Below are positions 11,941-21,641 of a DNA stretch of 64,000 nucleotides, piece after piece. The stretch spans positions 9,218 to 73,217 of the forward strand of contig JANSXP010000013.1 of NCBI GenBank assembly GCA_024742875.1, in the 5' to 3' direction. A program made the position numbers and the translations under genes. The notes beneath the pieces are model-generated. The model saw only the letters and a program-made list of their open reading frames with translations, searched no databases and was not told where the DNA came from. How positions within the stretch are numbered: the first letter of the stretch is position 1; the number at the start of each line of letters is the position of its first letter. Source of the stretch: Planctomycetaceae bacterium (GTDB lineage: Bacteria > Planctomycetota > Planctomycetia > Planctomycetales > Planctomycetaceae).

Positions 11941-13695
11941 ATGACTCGAATTGCCACCCCCCTGTTGCTGGCCCTGCTGACGGTCCTGCCGCACGCCGTG
12001 TGCCGCGCCCAAACGGAAGCACAGAAACTCCACGCCCTGTTCGAGAGCGAATGGGAGCGGACGATGAAGGAAAATCCCACGTGGGCCTCCCAGTTGGGCG
12101 ATCGCCGATTCGCGCGCCAGTGGGAAGACCTGAGCGAAGCCGCCATTCTGAGATCTCAGGAGAAAACGCGGGCTGCTCTGGCCACCCTGCGGCTCATCGA
12201 CGTCGCTCAGCTGTCGGCCGATGACCGGCTGAACTACCGCCTGTTTGAACAGGAATACGATGCCCGTGTCGCGCTGCAGCCGTTTCCTCTGCACCTGATT
12301 CCCCTGAATCAGCGTGGCGGCATTCAGGATCAGAGCAACCTGTCTCGGTCACTGAAATTCGACAGCCTGGCAGACTATGAAGACTGGCTGGCGCGACTGC
12401 AGAGCCTGCCGGAACAAATTGACCAGACCATTGCACTGATGAAAGCGGGCATCGCTGCCGGCATGCTGCACCCCAAAGTCATCATGAAGCGGATCCCGCC
12501 CCAGATTCGCCAGCAGATTGTGGCCGACCCCAAAACCAGTCTGTACTACGAAGCCTTCCGCACGTTCGGCATTGAGATCAGTGACGCGGACAAACGCCGG
12601 CTGCAGACCGCCGCTCTGACAACCATCAAAGAAGAAATTGTGCCCGCCTATCAGCGGTTCCTGACCTTCTTCACCGAGGAATACATACCGGCCTCGTTTG
12701 ATCAGGTTGGCTGCTGGCAGCGCACCAACGGCCGACAGATGTATGCCGTGCTGGCCCGCAAATTCACCACCACCAGCCTGACGCCACAGCAAATTCATGA
12801 CATCGGACAGCGGGAGGTGAAACGCATCCGTGCCGAAATGCAGACCATCCAGAAACGAGTGGGATTTGCGGGCAGCTTTCAGGAGTTTCTCACTCACCTG
12901 CGATCTGCGCCCCAGTTTTACTACAAAGACCCCAACGATCTGCTGGCGGCTTACCGCGCCTGCTGCCGCCGCATTGACCCTCAACTGCCGAAGCTGTTCC
13001 ACCGCCTGCCAAAAACGCCCTACGAAATTGTGCCGATTCCCGCCCAGATGGCGCCCGACACCACCACCGCGTACTACCAGCAGCCCTCGGCCGATGGTTC
13101 GCGTCCTGGCCGCTATTTTGTGAACCTGTACCGTCCGCAGGACCGCCCCAAATATGAGATTGAAGCGCTGTCACTCCACGAGTCAGTCCCCGGTCACCAT
13201 TTTCAGATTGCTCTGGCAATGGAACTCGAAAACGTGCCCAGCTTTCGTCGCTTTGGCGGCTACACGGCCTTCATCGAAGGCTGGGGGCTGTACAGCGAAA
13301 AGCTGGGCGAAGAGCTGGGACTGTATCAGGACGACTATTCCAAATTTGGTCAACTGACTTATGAAATGTGGCGGGCTGTGCGACTGGTGGTCGACACGGG
13401 CATCCACGAGCTGCAGTGGACCCGTCAGGAGGCCATCGATTTCTTTGCCGCCAACACCGCCAAGTCGCTGCTGGATATTGAAAATGAGGTGGACCGTTAC
13501 ATCGCCTGGCCCGGACAGGCGCTGGCTTACAAGATTGGAGAACTGCGGATTCGCGAACTGCGTGCCCGCGCTGAAGAACGGCTGGGCGATCGATTCAGCG
13601 TGAAGGACTTTCACGAAGTCGTGCTCAAAAACGGAGCTGTGCCGCTGGACATTCTGGAAGAGCAGGTCAACAGCTGGCTGCAGACTCAGCGCTGA
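11941..13695 (+). CDS. DUF885 family protein (metallopeptidase-like)
   Basis: 584-aa ORF with a signal peptide (LLLALLTVLPHAVCRA). DUF885-type motifs HESVPGHHFQ and EGWGLYSE. Confidence 0.8.
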   Translation: MTRIATPLLLALLTVLPHAVCRAQTEAQKLHALFESEWERTMKENPTWASQLGDRRFARQWEDLSEAAILRSQEKTRAALATLRLIDVAQLSADDRLNYRLFEQEYDARVALQPFPLHLIPLNQRGGIQDQSNLSRSLKFDSLADYEDWLARLQSLPEQIDQTIALMKAGIAAGMLHPKVIMKRIPPQIRQQIVADPKTSLYYEAFRTFGIEISDADKRRLQTAALTTIKEEIVPAYQRFLTFFTEEYIPASFDQVGCWQRTNGRQMYAVLARKFTTTSLTPQQIHDIGQREVKRIRAEMQTIQKRVGFAGSFQEFLTHLRSAPQFYYKDPNDLLAAYRACCRRIDPQLPKLFHRLPKTPYEIVPIPAQMAPDTTTAYYQQPSADGSRPGRYFVNLYRPQDRPKYEIEALSLHESVPGHHFQIALAMELENVPSFRRFGGYTAFIEGWGLYSEKLGEELGLYQDDYSKFGQLTYEMWRAVRLVVDTGIHELQWTRQEAIDFFAANTAKSLLDIENEVDRYIAWPGQALAYKIGELRIRELRARAEERLGDRFSVKDFHEVVLKNGAVPLDILEEQVNSWLQTQR

Positions 13696-14609
13696 TCAGA
13701 GGTCTCAGTCAGACCCAGCTCCAACAGACGGGCCTGCAGCCGACGTTTCTTCGCGGCGTCCATGACACTGGCATAGTGCCAGCAGGCCTGCACCAGCTGA
13801 CCATGCCCGGACGTTTGCCGCCTGGCTGCCAGCTCGGCCACAAACCACGACGCCACGTGTCCGCGCTGCGATGCCGGAACCGCGTGGACGGGCAATCGGG
13901 ACAGCAGAGTGAGCCCTGGCCGCGAGGGATCGCTGCGAACACAGGCGAGCGTCAGTCGAGCGAGTTGCTGTCGCCGCCCGGCCGACAGCCGATCAAGCGG
14001 CACCAGCCGCACCGCAGACAGGACGTTCGGCCATTGATGGGGATCAAATCTGTCGCGGCGCCCCAGCATCTGATTCAGCACAGATCGCTCCGCCCGCAAT
14101 AGAAAATCGGCTGCCAAATAGAAACCGTCGCCAGCCTGCCCCAGGAGTGTCGGCCCGTTGAGTGTCGCCCCCCTGAGCCCGCCATCAGCTGGCCGACCTG
14201 CATCTGAAGGAGCGTCTGCGGCCCAGGCATGATCCGCGAGTTGCGACAGTCGATTGGGCAACCTGTCATCGGCCATCGCCTGCACCAGGCGTAACAGATT
14301 GGCGGCCAGCTGGCCGTCCAGCCACCTCTCCTGCGACAGCTGCAGCCACAGCCGGGCAGGCGCTGCCTCACGCAGGCGAGCCAGACGAACGAGCGCGGCC
14401 TCCAGCAACCGATCATCAACTTCCGCACTGCGGAGTAATCGACGACAGCGGACGGCATTCAGGGGCTGCTGACTGTCCGGAATCGTGGCGGGCGGAAGCT
14501 GATGAGGCGTGTCGTCCGTGCGACACCACATCGCGATGACCAGCAGGCCAAACGTCAGCAGACTGATTTCCACAGGTCGTGGAAACCAGTCGTTTTTTTG
14601 TAAATCCAT
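13686..14609 (-). CDS. Hypothetical membrane-anchored helical protein
   Basis: ORF 13686..14678 (TTG) trimmed to ATG at 14607-14609, giving an N-terminal TM helix (ISLLTFGLLVIAMW). Leu/Arg/Ala-rich. Lies directly downstream of the giant redox gene. Its 3' end overlaps the DUF885 stop convergently by 10 nt. Confidence 0.45.
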   Translation of the reverse strand: MDLQKNDWFPRPVEISLLTFGLLVIAMWCRTDDTPHQLPPATIPDSQQPLNAVRCRRLLRSAEVDDRLLEAALVRLARLREAAPARLWLQLSQERWLDGQLAANLLRLVQAMADDRLPNRLSQLADHAWAADAPSDAGRPADGGLRGATLNGPTLLGQAGDGFYLAADFLLRAERSVLNQMLGRRDRFDPHQWPNVLSAVRLVPLDRLSAGRRQQLARLTLACVRSDPSRPGLTLLSRLPVHAVPASQRGHVASWFVAELAARRQTSGHGQLVQACWHYASVMDAAKKRRLQARLLELGLTETSDQR

Positions 14610-14737
14610 CGTGGCATCTGCCCTTGTCCGCACGCCACTGGTAAACGGCAACGCTGCATCAGCCCCGCTGTTCAGCAAATCGCCTCCCGCGGGGTCGCTG
14701 TGCAGCTGGCCGCCCTGAGTTGGTGCGTCAGTGACCG

Positions 14738-17700
14738 TTAATGGTGATGCCCGCTATAGAGTTTGGCTTTCTGGTCGCCTTTGGAAATCACATAGGCCAG
14801 CAGGTCGAGAATCTCTTCACGCGTCAGCTTGTTGAGCACGCCCTGAGGCATGATGCTGATTTTGCTGGGATCGCGTTCGTCGATGTCGTCCTTGTCCAGC
14901 ACGCGCAGTTTCTCGGGCGCTGTGGGATTATCGAGCACGTGTACTGAGCTGTCATCCTCTTTCACAATCTGCCCGGTCACTACCCTCCCGGAGGCCAGCA
15001 CGAACGTGTAAGACTGATACTTTTTCTCGATCTTCAGCGAAGGATTCAGAATGTGCTGCAGAACGTCCTTCGGTGAATACTCGGGATTGAGCTTCGTCAA
15101 ATCCGGCCCCACGTCGGCCCCTTTGCCGTTCATTTTATGACAGCCCGCACAGCTGGCCATGGTGAACAGAGACTGCCCCACATCAAAACTGTTGCTGCGA
15201 TGCGACAGATGTTCAACATCACCCGCCAGGTCAGCCAGTTTCCATTCGGTGTTGCGATCCAGATAGGTGAGCAGTTCGTCCTTCGCTTCCAGATTTGTGG
15301 CAGCCAGATACGCGGCCGGATCCGCGTTGTACGCGTCCACATCCTCCACCACATACATGGCGCCAAACATACGACGCCAGTGCCCCGGGTAGGTGCACAC
15401 GTACGGATAGATGCCCGGTTCCGCAGGCACCTGAAACGTCAGTGCCTGCTCTTTGCCCGGTTCCAGCAAACGACTGGCCAGCAGCAATTTGTCCGATTGG
15501 GGAACGAACTGACGCTCTTTGGCGTCCGCGTCTCGGGCCGTGGATTCGGCCAGCTCACCCACTTCCTGCAGACTGCCGGGGGCCACGATGGCAAAATTGT
15601 GCGGCATGTGATCCGTGTTGGAAAAGCGGAACTCAACGGGCCGACCCGCCTGGACCACCAACTTCTCTTTGTCGTACAGCATCCGCGCGGCCACCGTTCC
15701 AATGGAAATCACACGCACGTCCAGATTCTCCAGCCGAGACAGCACCGAAGGCTGCGCGTCCGGTGGCAGCATCTTTGCCAAAGAGCGAACGTACTCCATG
15801 ATGGCCAGAGCGCGTGATCCGGTGCGGGCACTGGCCGGCATTTCACTCAGGTAACCCACCGTGTTATCGATCAGACCAGGCACCCGACCGACCGAGCGGG
15901 CATTTTCCGGCAGCGCCATCAGCACCTGCAGCGCGGCCGCGCGATTGCGCCCCGCCTTCATCAGCCGTGCCAGGTCGTCAAACAACTGGGCCTCATTGCC
16001 GGGAATGGCGCCCAGCGCCAAAATGGCCTGGTCGTGAATCGTATTGGCGCCTCCGGTCACCGACAGATTCTCCGGGGCAATGTCCTGTTTGCTGAATCCC
16101 GGTCCCTGCCACTGGACCCGCAGGCCATCACCGCCACCGTTGTCAAAATAGGTCACCAGGAACGGGTGGCTGCCGGCCGCCAGTTGCACGGTGGCCCGCT
16201 TCTCACTCATGCCGTGCAGACCGTCATGGTTGATCAGCAGCCTGTCATCCAGATAGATTCGAGAGCCATCGTCCGAGGTGATGGCAAACGTGTACTGACC
16301 GGTTGCAGGAACCGCCAGATATCCGGAGTACCGCAGGGCAAATCTGTCACGTTTGGTGATCTGAGGAATACTCAGCGATATGCCGGGCACCACACCGGAG
16401 GACTCCGGCTGCATCGCATCGAGCGTTTCCCGCGCGACGTTGGTTTTGCTGGGGTAATAGTAATCAACCGCCAGACCCGCTTCGCGCAGTCCGGCCGCCC
16501 GCGATTCCGGTTCCAGTCCGGCCGGAAGCTCAAACATCAGTTGGCGAACATCCGTATAAAGTTCAGAGCGAACCTTCTCGTCCGCCACACGAGGCACACT
16601 CGCCAGAAAATCCCGCAGACTGCGTTTGTTCTTTGATGCGGCATACAGCGCAGCGGCCCCATTGCCCTCGGCCGCCATCCAGCCGGCAAACCCCGTCTGT
16701 CGACCAATGTCCGTTTTGCCCCTGAGGGCCAGCATTTCCACGACCGGCTGCACATCCTGCAGGTCTTCTCGTGACTGCCGTGACAGCACCTGGCACAGTC
16801 CGTTCAGTGTGGCGGTGGATTCCTCCGCGTCATTTTTGAGCATCAGGCCGGCCACAAGCAGGGAGGGCTTCACCTGTTTCAGTTCCGCAAGACCAGTCAC
16901 CGCCTTCTCGAGCTGATCCGTGGAGACGGCCGTCCGCTGCAGCACGGCTTCAAACACGTCCACAGAACGATCCATGCTCAAAAGATCGGCCACACTCGCG
17001 TTGGCCAGCGCATAACGACGGGCGGCCGGTGACAGATCTTTGCTGTCGGCAATCGCCTTTCGAACCATCCCATCCACATCGATGCGGGAGCGGGCGAACT
17101 TCAGCACAGTCTCCAGTTCCGGATCCAGCGTCCGATTGGCCACTTCGAAAATGACTTCCGCCGCTTCGCCTTCATCCGCAAACGAAACGGCCGCCTTCAC
17201 GGCTTCCGCCCGCACCAGGGCGGACTCATCCCGTGCGCCAGCCAGCAGCACGGTCGACCAGTTGGCCGCCTCACGGCCCCAGTGCCCCAGCGTCCTGACG
17301 GCGGCCGCACGCACGCGGGGTTCGTCTGCCTGGAAGACGGTCGCCAGCAGTTCGCCATTGGGCGTGCGGTGTTCTTCGTGCACCCACAGACACTCCAGCA
17401 GGGCCTGAGCGTCGTCGGCATCTTTGACGTCGCGCTGCGCCGCCCAGGCGGTCACAGCGGCGATGGTTTCCTGCGAATCACGACCACTCAGCTCCAGCCG
17501 CGCCCGATAGCGGGTGCCGTTTTCTTTGGCATAGAACGCATCGCAGACTTCCGCCAAAGGACGGCCTTTCAGCCGCACAGGCTGCAGCAGGTCGCGACCA
17601 CTGGCCGTCAGTCGGAAAATCCGTCCATGCCGCGCGTCCCGGTTGGGATCCCGCATGTTGTGCTGCATATGGCCAATCAGTGCGTTGGCCCAGTCAGACA

Positions 17701-19651
17701 CATAAAGGGCGCCATCCGCCCCGATTTCCAGATCGGTGGGACGGAAGTTGGGGTCGGACGAATCCAGCAGCGGATTGACGGCCTTCGCCGTAATGTCAGC
17801 GCCGTTGTAGACTACCTCATGCTGCAGCACGCCCAGAAAACCGATGCAGTTGCAGATCAGAAAGTTGTTCTGAAAGCGTTCCGGAAAATGGCTGCTCGAC
17901 AGGCTGTCGGTGGCAGCCACCGGACGCCACTGCTTCTGAAACCACTGCTTGTTGCCCACACCCCTGCCGAGGTTCACGTAAGAGCCCGTACCGCTCGTGC
18001 CATCGTTGGCAAACTGATAACCCCACTGGTCAAAAAAGTCACCGTGAGGATTGGGACCAATGGGAAAATGAAACTCCATCTCAAACGTGCGGGGATTGAA
18101 ACGATGCACGCCGGACTGCGTGGAGCGATACGTGCCCGTGGGCGTTTCCATGGCGGCCACGTTGAAAATTCCGCGAGACCAGTACAGCCAGCCGTCGGGC
18201 CCCACCACCATGGCGTTGGCCGAATGATGAGAGTCCGCACTGGACAGTCCCTGCAGCAGTCGAATCCTCACGTCCGCTTTATCATCGCCATCCGTATCTT
18301 TCAGAAACCACAGTTCGGGCAGGGCCGCCACAATCATGCCACCGCCCCAGAACTCGAATCCCGTTACGCTGTTCAGTTCATCGGCAAACACAACGCAGCG
18401 ATCGGCCACGCCGTCACCATCGTCATCGGGCAGACACAAAATGCGGTCTTCCCGCGGCTGTGTGGGATTCCAGTGCGGATAGCTGGGCCAGACAGACACA
18501 AACAGCCGTCCATCGGTATCCACGGCCATCTGCACAGGATTGACCAGCTCGGGAAACATCTGCTCGGACGCAAACACGTTGGCTTGCAGCCCCTTATCCA
18601 GCTTCATCTGTTTGAGGCTGTCTTCTGCCGACAAGTAAGAAAACCGACCGTCGGGCAGATCACCTTTCTTGTTGGACTTCACCACCAGCTCGGCCGGAAG
18701 GTTGTCATCCCGCACAACCAGATCGCGCCCATCGGCCACCGCCCAGACGCGCTCATCGCGGTTGCCCGTCATCACGTCGAAAATCTCCATCTCACGCATC
18801 ATTACGTCCGCATTGGACTGTCCAAACCAGGCCAGTTTGGAGCGGCCGCCAAAAACGTTGTAGCCGTCCACGACGCGATAGCGGCTGAACCAGTAGTAGT
18901 TTTTGTCCAGCACCGCCTGGCGCAGTTCCTCCAGGTCCGCATCACTTTGTGGTGGTTTGGCTTTTCCGAACAGCTGTTCGGTAATCACAGACGCCACCTT
19001 TTTGTTGCCGTTCTCCAGCAGATGCACGCCGTTCATCGTCAGCGGCGAATCTGCCACGGAATACAGGGCCAGCGTGGGGTCAAACAGATTGACAAACAGC
19101 ACCTGCTGCTCCTGGCAGACAGCCTGCATGGCCTGCGTATAAGCATGCAGCCGCGCATTGTTCTCAGAGCCGTCCGGCAAATGAGGGCTGTTGAGATTTT
19201 CATGCGCAACGGGCGAGAACATGACAATCTGCGGAGGCGACTCGCCGTTGTACTGCGCGGCCTTCATGCTGGTGATGGTGGCCGCCAGATTGCGACGAAA
19301 CTCGTCCAGGCCGTCGATCCCTTTGAAGGACTCGTTGTAGCCAAAAAAACAGAACACCACGTCCGTTTCGTTTTTCGTCAGCCAGGCGCTGGCATCACCG
19401 AAGTTATCCTCACGCGGTCGCACGGTCAGCTCGTCGCCCGGCACGGCCAGGTTGCGGAACGTCAGATTTTTCTGCGGATGCAGCGCGTGAATATACGTCT
19501 CCAGCCAGCCGTGATGCTGCATACGATCCGCCGTCGTATTGCCAATGATGGAGACATGGTCGCGGGCCGAAAACTTCAACTGCTGGGCGCGGGTCATCGG
19601 GGAAAACAACAGCAGCGAGAACGCAAAAAACAGCGGGCGTGTTATAGTCAC
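14738..19651 (-). CDS. Giant multidomain PVC-type protein: SGNH/GDSL hydrolase, membrane-bound-dehydrogenase-like propeller, HEAT repeats, PA14, azurin-like cupredoxin, cytochrome c
   Basis: ORF 14738..19762. The probable start is GTG at 19649-19651, giving the signal TITRPLFFAFSLLLFSPMTRA. Motifs in order: SIIGNTTADRM and FFGYNES (GDSL-like); a long propeller-like region; HEAT repeats; PA14 (YLAVPATGQYTFAITSDDGSRIYLDD, about 16080-16350); cupredoxin (HNFAI ... YVCTYPGHWRRM, about 15360-15415); haem site CAGCH (about 15134-15160). Confidence 0.9.
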   Translation of the reverse strand: MTITRPLFFAFSLLLFSPMTRAQQLKFSARDHVSIIGNTTADRMQHHGWLETYIHALHPQKNLTFRNLAVPGDELTVRPREDNFGDASAWLTKNETDVVFCFFGYNESFKGIDGLDEFRRNLAATITSMKAAQYNGESPPQIVMFSPVAHENLNSPHLPDGSENNARLHAYTQAMQAVCQEQQVLFVNLFDPTLALYSVADSPLTMNGVHLLENGNKKVASVITEQLFGKAKPPQSDADLEELRQAVLDKNYYWFSRYRVVDGYNVFGGRSKLAWFGQSNADVMMREMEIFDVMTGNRDERVWAVADGRDLVVRDDNLPAELVVKSNKKGDLPDGRFSYLSAEDSLKQMKLDKGLQANVFASEQMFPELVNPVQMAVDTDGRLFVSVWPSYPHWNPTQPREDRILCLPDDDGDGVADRCVVFADELNSVTGFEFWGGGMIVAALPELWFLKDTDGDDKADVRIRLLQGLSSADSHHSANAMVVGPDGWLYWSRGIFNVAAMETPTGTYRSTQSGVHRFNPRTFEMEFHFPIGPNPHGDFFDQWGYQFANDGTSGTGSYVNLGRGVGNKQWFQKQWRPVAATDSLSSSHFPERFQNNFLICNCIGFLGVLQHEVVYNGADITAKAVNPLLDSSDPNFRPTDLEIGADGALYVSDWANALIGHMQHNMRDPNRDARHGRIFRLTASGRDLLQPVRLKGRPLAEVCDAFYAKENGTRYRARLELSGRDSQETIAAVTAWAAQRDVKDADDAQALLECLWVHEEHRTPNGELLATVFQADEPRVRAAAVRTLGHWGREAANWSTVLLAGARDESALVRAEAVKAAVSFADEGEAAEVIFEVANRTLDPELETVLKFARSRIDVDGMVRKAIADSKDLSPAARRYALANASVADLLSMDRSVDVFEAVLQRTAVSTDQLEKAVTGLAELKQVKPSLLVAGLMLKNDAEESTATLNGLCQVLSRQSREDLQDVQPVVEMLALRGKTDIGRQTGFAGWMAAEGNGAAALYAASKNKRSLRDFLASVPRVADEKVRSELYTDVRQLMFELPAGLEPESRAAGLREAGLAVDYYYPSKTNVARETLDAMQPESSGVVPGISLSIPQITKRDRFALRYSGYLAVPATGQYTFAITSDDGSRIYLDDRLLINHDGLHGMSEKRATVQLAAGSHPFLVTYFDNGGGDGLRVQWQGPGFSKQDIAPENLSVTGGANTIHDQAILALGAIPGNEAQLFDDLARLMKAGRNRAAALQVLMALPENARSVGRVPGLIDNTVGYLSEMPASARTGSRALAIMEYVRSLAKMLPPDAQPSVLSRLENLDVRVISIGTVAARMLYDKEKLVVQAGRPVEFRFSNTDHMPHNFAIVAPGSLQEVGELAESTARDADAKERQFVPQSDKLLLASRLLEPGKEQALTFQVPAEPGIYPYVCTYPGHWRRMFGAMYVVEDVDAYNADPAAYLAATNLEAKDELLTYLDRNTEWKLADLAGDVEHLSHRSNSFDVGQSLFTMASCAGCHKMNGKGADVGPDLTKLNPEYSPKDVLQHILNPSLKIEKKYQSYTFVLASGRVVTGQIVKEDDSSVHVLDNPTAPEKLRVLDKDDIDERDPSKISIMPQGVLNKLTREEILDLLAYVISKGDQKAKLYSGHHH

Positions 19652-19794
19652 AGCAAATCTGATCCAAAGAGAAAAGGTTGGCGACCGAGGTGGGGGGCTC
19701 CAAGCGTAACGCAGCGGCGTGAGAAACTCCAGATACCGTGTCAACACCGACGATTCGATCATCGCAACGGAAAAAACGATGCGATGAATACGAG

Positions 19795-21639
19795 CTACTG
19801 ATCTCGAAACGAGGGCCCCAGCTTCCAGCCGCCAATAGCCAGCGGCTGCAGGGGTGGCGGCTCTGGCGGATCCTCGCCCAGCATTCGCAGTGAACGGCTG
19901 ACGGACAGCCCCAGCTCACCGCCAATCCCGTACTTACTGTGGGCACGCTCCAGGTCGGGAATGGACTCTTTCATCAGCATCTCCCCCAGGCCCAGCGCAG
20001 CAGTGGACTTGACCAGAATGTCTTCGGGCACTTCCTCACTGTCGTCATGCACGCGGGCCACCAGACTCCGACGAACAGACTCAGCCGTGGGTTCACCCCG
20101 ACTGACCACGCCCAGCGCCCAGACACCGACAGCCCGTGTTTCCACCAGTGTGGGGGCTTCCTTGTTGAGCATCTGCCTGGCGATGGGAGCGATGTCTGCA
20201 CGCCCCGTCGAGGCGGCCACATGAAACAGATACCTCAGTTGAATGGAGTTAGCGTCCTTGATGCGCAGTGACGGGCCGTACTGTCCGCTGTTCAGATATT
20301 CCATCCGCTGCCGGGCCACGCGGACCACTTCATCGGACAATTCGGGGCGAGGCATCAAATGCAGCAGCCAGGCGGCCGTGACGAACACTTCGTGCCGTTC
20401 ATAAGTCAGCAGGGGCACGACAGACGATTGAAACTCGCCATGCCGCTGCTGGCCCAGCAGAAGCATGGCCTGTTCCAGCTGTTCCCAGTTGGCCTGCCCG
20501 CTTTGCAGAATCCCGCCGGCGCCGGTGACAATGTCCGGTCGCAAAGTGTCCGACTCTTCCGCCACCGCGTGCAGCGCTGCCCGCGCATCGTTACGAACGC
20601 CGATGTGTCGATCGGCCAGCATCGCCAGCAGCAGGCGGCAGTGGTCCGTGCTGGCCAGATGACGCAAAGCCCGCACAACGGCCCGACGAACGCTGGGTTC
20701 CGGATGACGGGACGCCGATGGCAGCCGATCCGCCAGTCGACGGCGATCCAGCCGCTCCAGAGCGGACCACGCCAGCGCGGCAACCGCCATGTCAGCGTCG
20801 TCGCACAGTGTGGAAAGCAGCGCCAGTCCGCGCTCAGACGGCGCTTGATCCAGCAGCATGGCGGCGAGAATCCGATCGGTCACCGGCCCGGCGGCCAGTC
20901 GATCGGCAGAATCGGTGGCTGTTGGTGGATGCAGCCGACTCAGGGAACCAGCGGCCGCCTGCCGCACCACAAACCGCACCTGATCGGACTCCACAAGTTC
21001 CTGCAGCACGCCCCTGGCCGGGTCGCACTTCGCCAGCATCAAACAGCGGCAGGCCAGAAGCACCTGTGGCTGAGAGGTTCCGCCAGGATTCTCCAGTCGT
21101 GCGAGCCACCGTTCCTGCAGCAGACCGGGCCGCACTTCCGCCAGCCACGGCTCAATGATGGTACTGAGCACATGTTCGTCAGGCCCACACAGTTGACTGA
21201 GCGCCTCGGCCGATGAACGATCATCGGCTGCCACCAGGGCCTGAGCACACACCCGTTTGACCAGCATCGAATCGGTATGCTGCAGACGGTTGCGCAACGA
21301 AGGCAGAATCCTGTCCGGCTCGGCGAGTTGCTCCCGCGCCACACGATGCAGCGCATCGGCCGCTTCCCAGTGCAGCTCATTGTCGTAATCTCCGTCGAGC
21401 ACTCGCACAAAGAAGTTCAGAAACGTGTCCGGCATGAACTCGGGGTTGCTCACCCGATCAAACACGTCCAGCATCAGCAGGCGCGTGGGCAGACGGTCAT
21501 AGCGGGTCACCGAGGGCAGCGCGAGTTCGCCTTCGTAATCGGCCGCCCAGTCGTCCGCCCGGGCCCGTGGGCAGACTGTCGCCAGGCCGACAGCCAGCAG
21601 CGAAGTCAGAAGTATCAGATTTGGCAGTGTGTTCCGCAT
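19795..21639 (-). CDS. HEAT-repeat protein, secreted
   Basis: ORF 19795..21723 trimmed to ATG at 21637-21639, 2 nt after the permease stop, giving the signal MRNTLPNLILLTSLLAVGLATVCPRARA. Repeated HEAT/PBS-lyase-like units (PEPSVRRAVVRALRHL, HIGVRNDARAALHAV). Confidence 0.7.
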   Translation of the reverse strand: MRNTLPNLILLTSLLAVGLATVCPRARADDWAADYEGELALPSVTRYDRLPTRLLMLDVFDRVSNPEFMPDTFLNFFVRVLDGDYDNELHWEAADALHRVAREQLAEPDRILPSLRNRLQHTDSMLVKRVCAQALVAADDRSSAEALSQLCGPDEHVLSTIIEPWLAEVRPGLLQERWLARLENPGGTSQPQVLLACRCLMLAKCDPARGVLQELVESDQVRFVVRQAAAGSLSRLHPPTATDSADRLAAGPVTDRILAAMLLDQAPSERGLALLSTLCDDADMAVAALAWSALERLDRRRLADRLPSASRHPEPSVRRAVVRALRHLASTDHCRLLLAMLADRHIGVRNDARAALHAVAEESDTLRPDIVTGAGGILQSGQANWEQLEQAMLLLGQQRHGEFQSSVVPLLTYERHEVFVTAAWLLHLMPRPELSDEVVRVARQRMEYLNSGQYGPSLRIKDANSIQLRYLFHVAASTGRADIAPIARQMLNKEAPTLVETRAVGVWALGVVSRGEPTAESVRRSLVARVHDDSEEVPEDILVKSTAALGLGEMLMKESIPDLERAHSKYGIGGELGLSVSRSLRMLGEDPPEPPPLQPLAIGGWKLGPSFRDQ

Positions 21640-21641
21640 GG

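Noticed and set aside
17282-19801. 839-aa plus-strand ORF, the longest unexplained ORF in the track
   Set aside because: It lies entirely antisense to the giant minus-strand gene, whose translation is full of recognisable domains. The plus-frame product is Arg/His/Gly/Gln-rich with no motif. This is a typical shadow ORF of GC-rich DNA.
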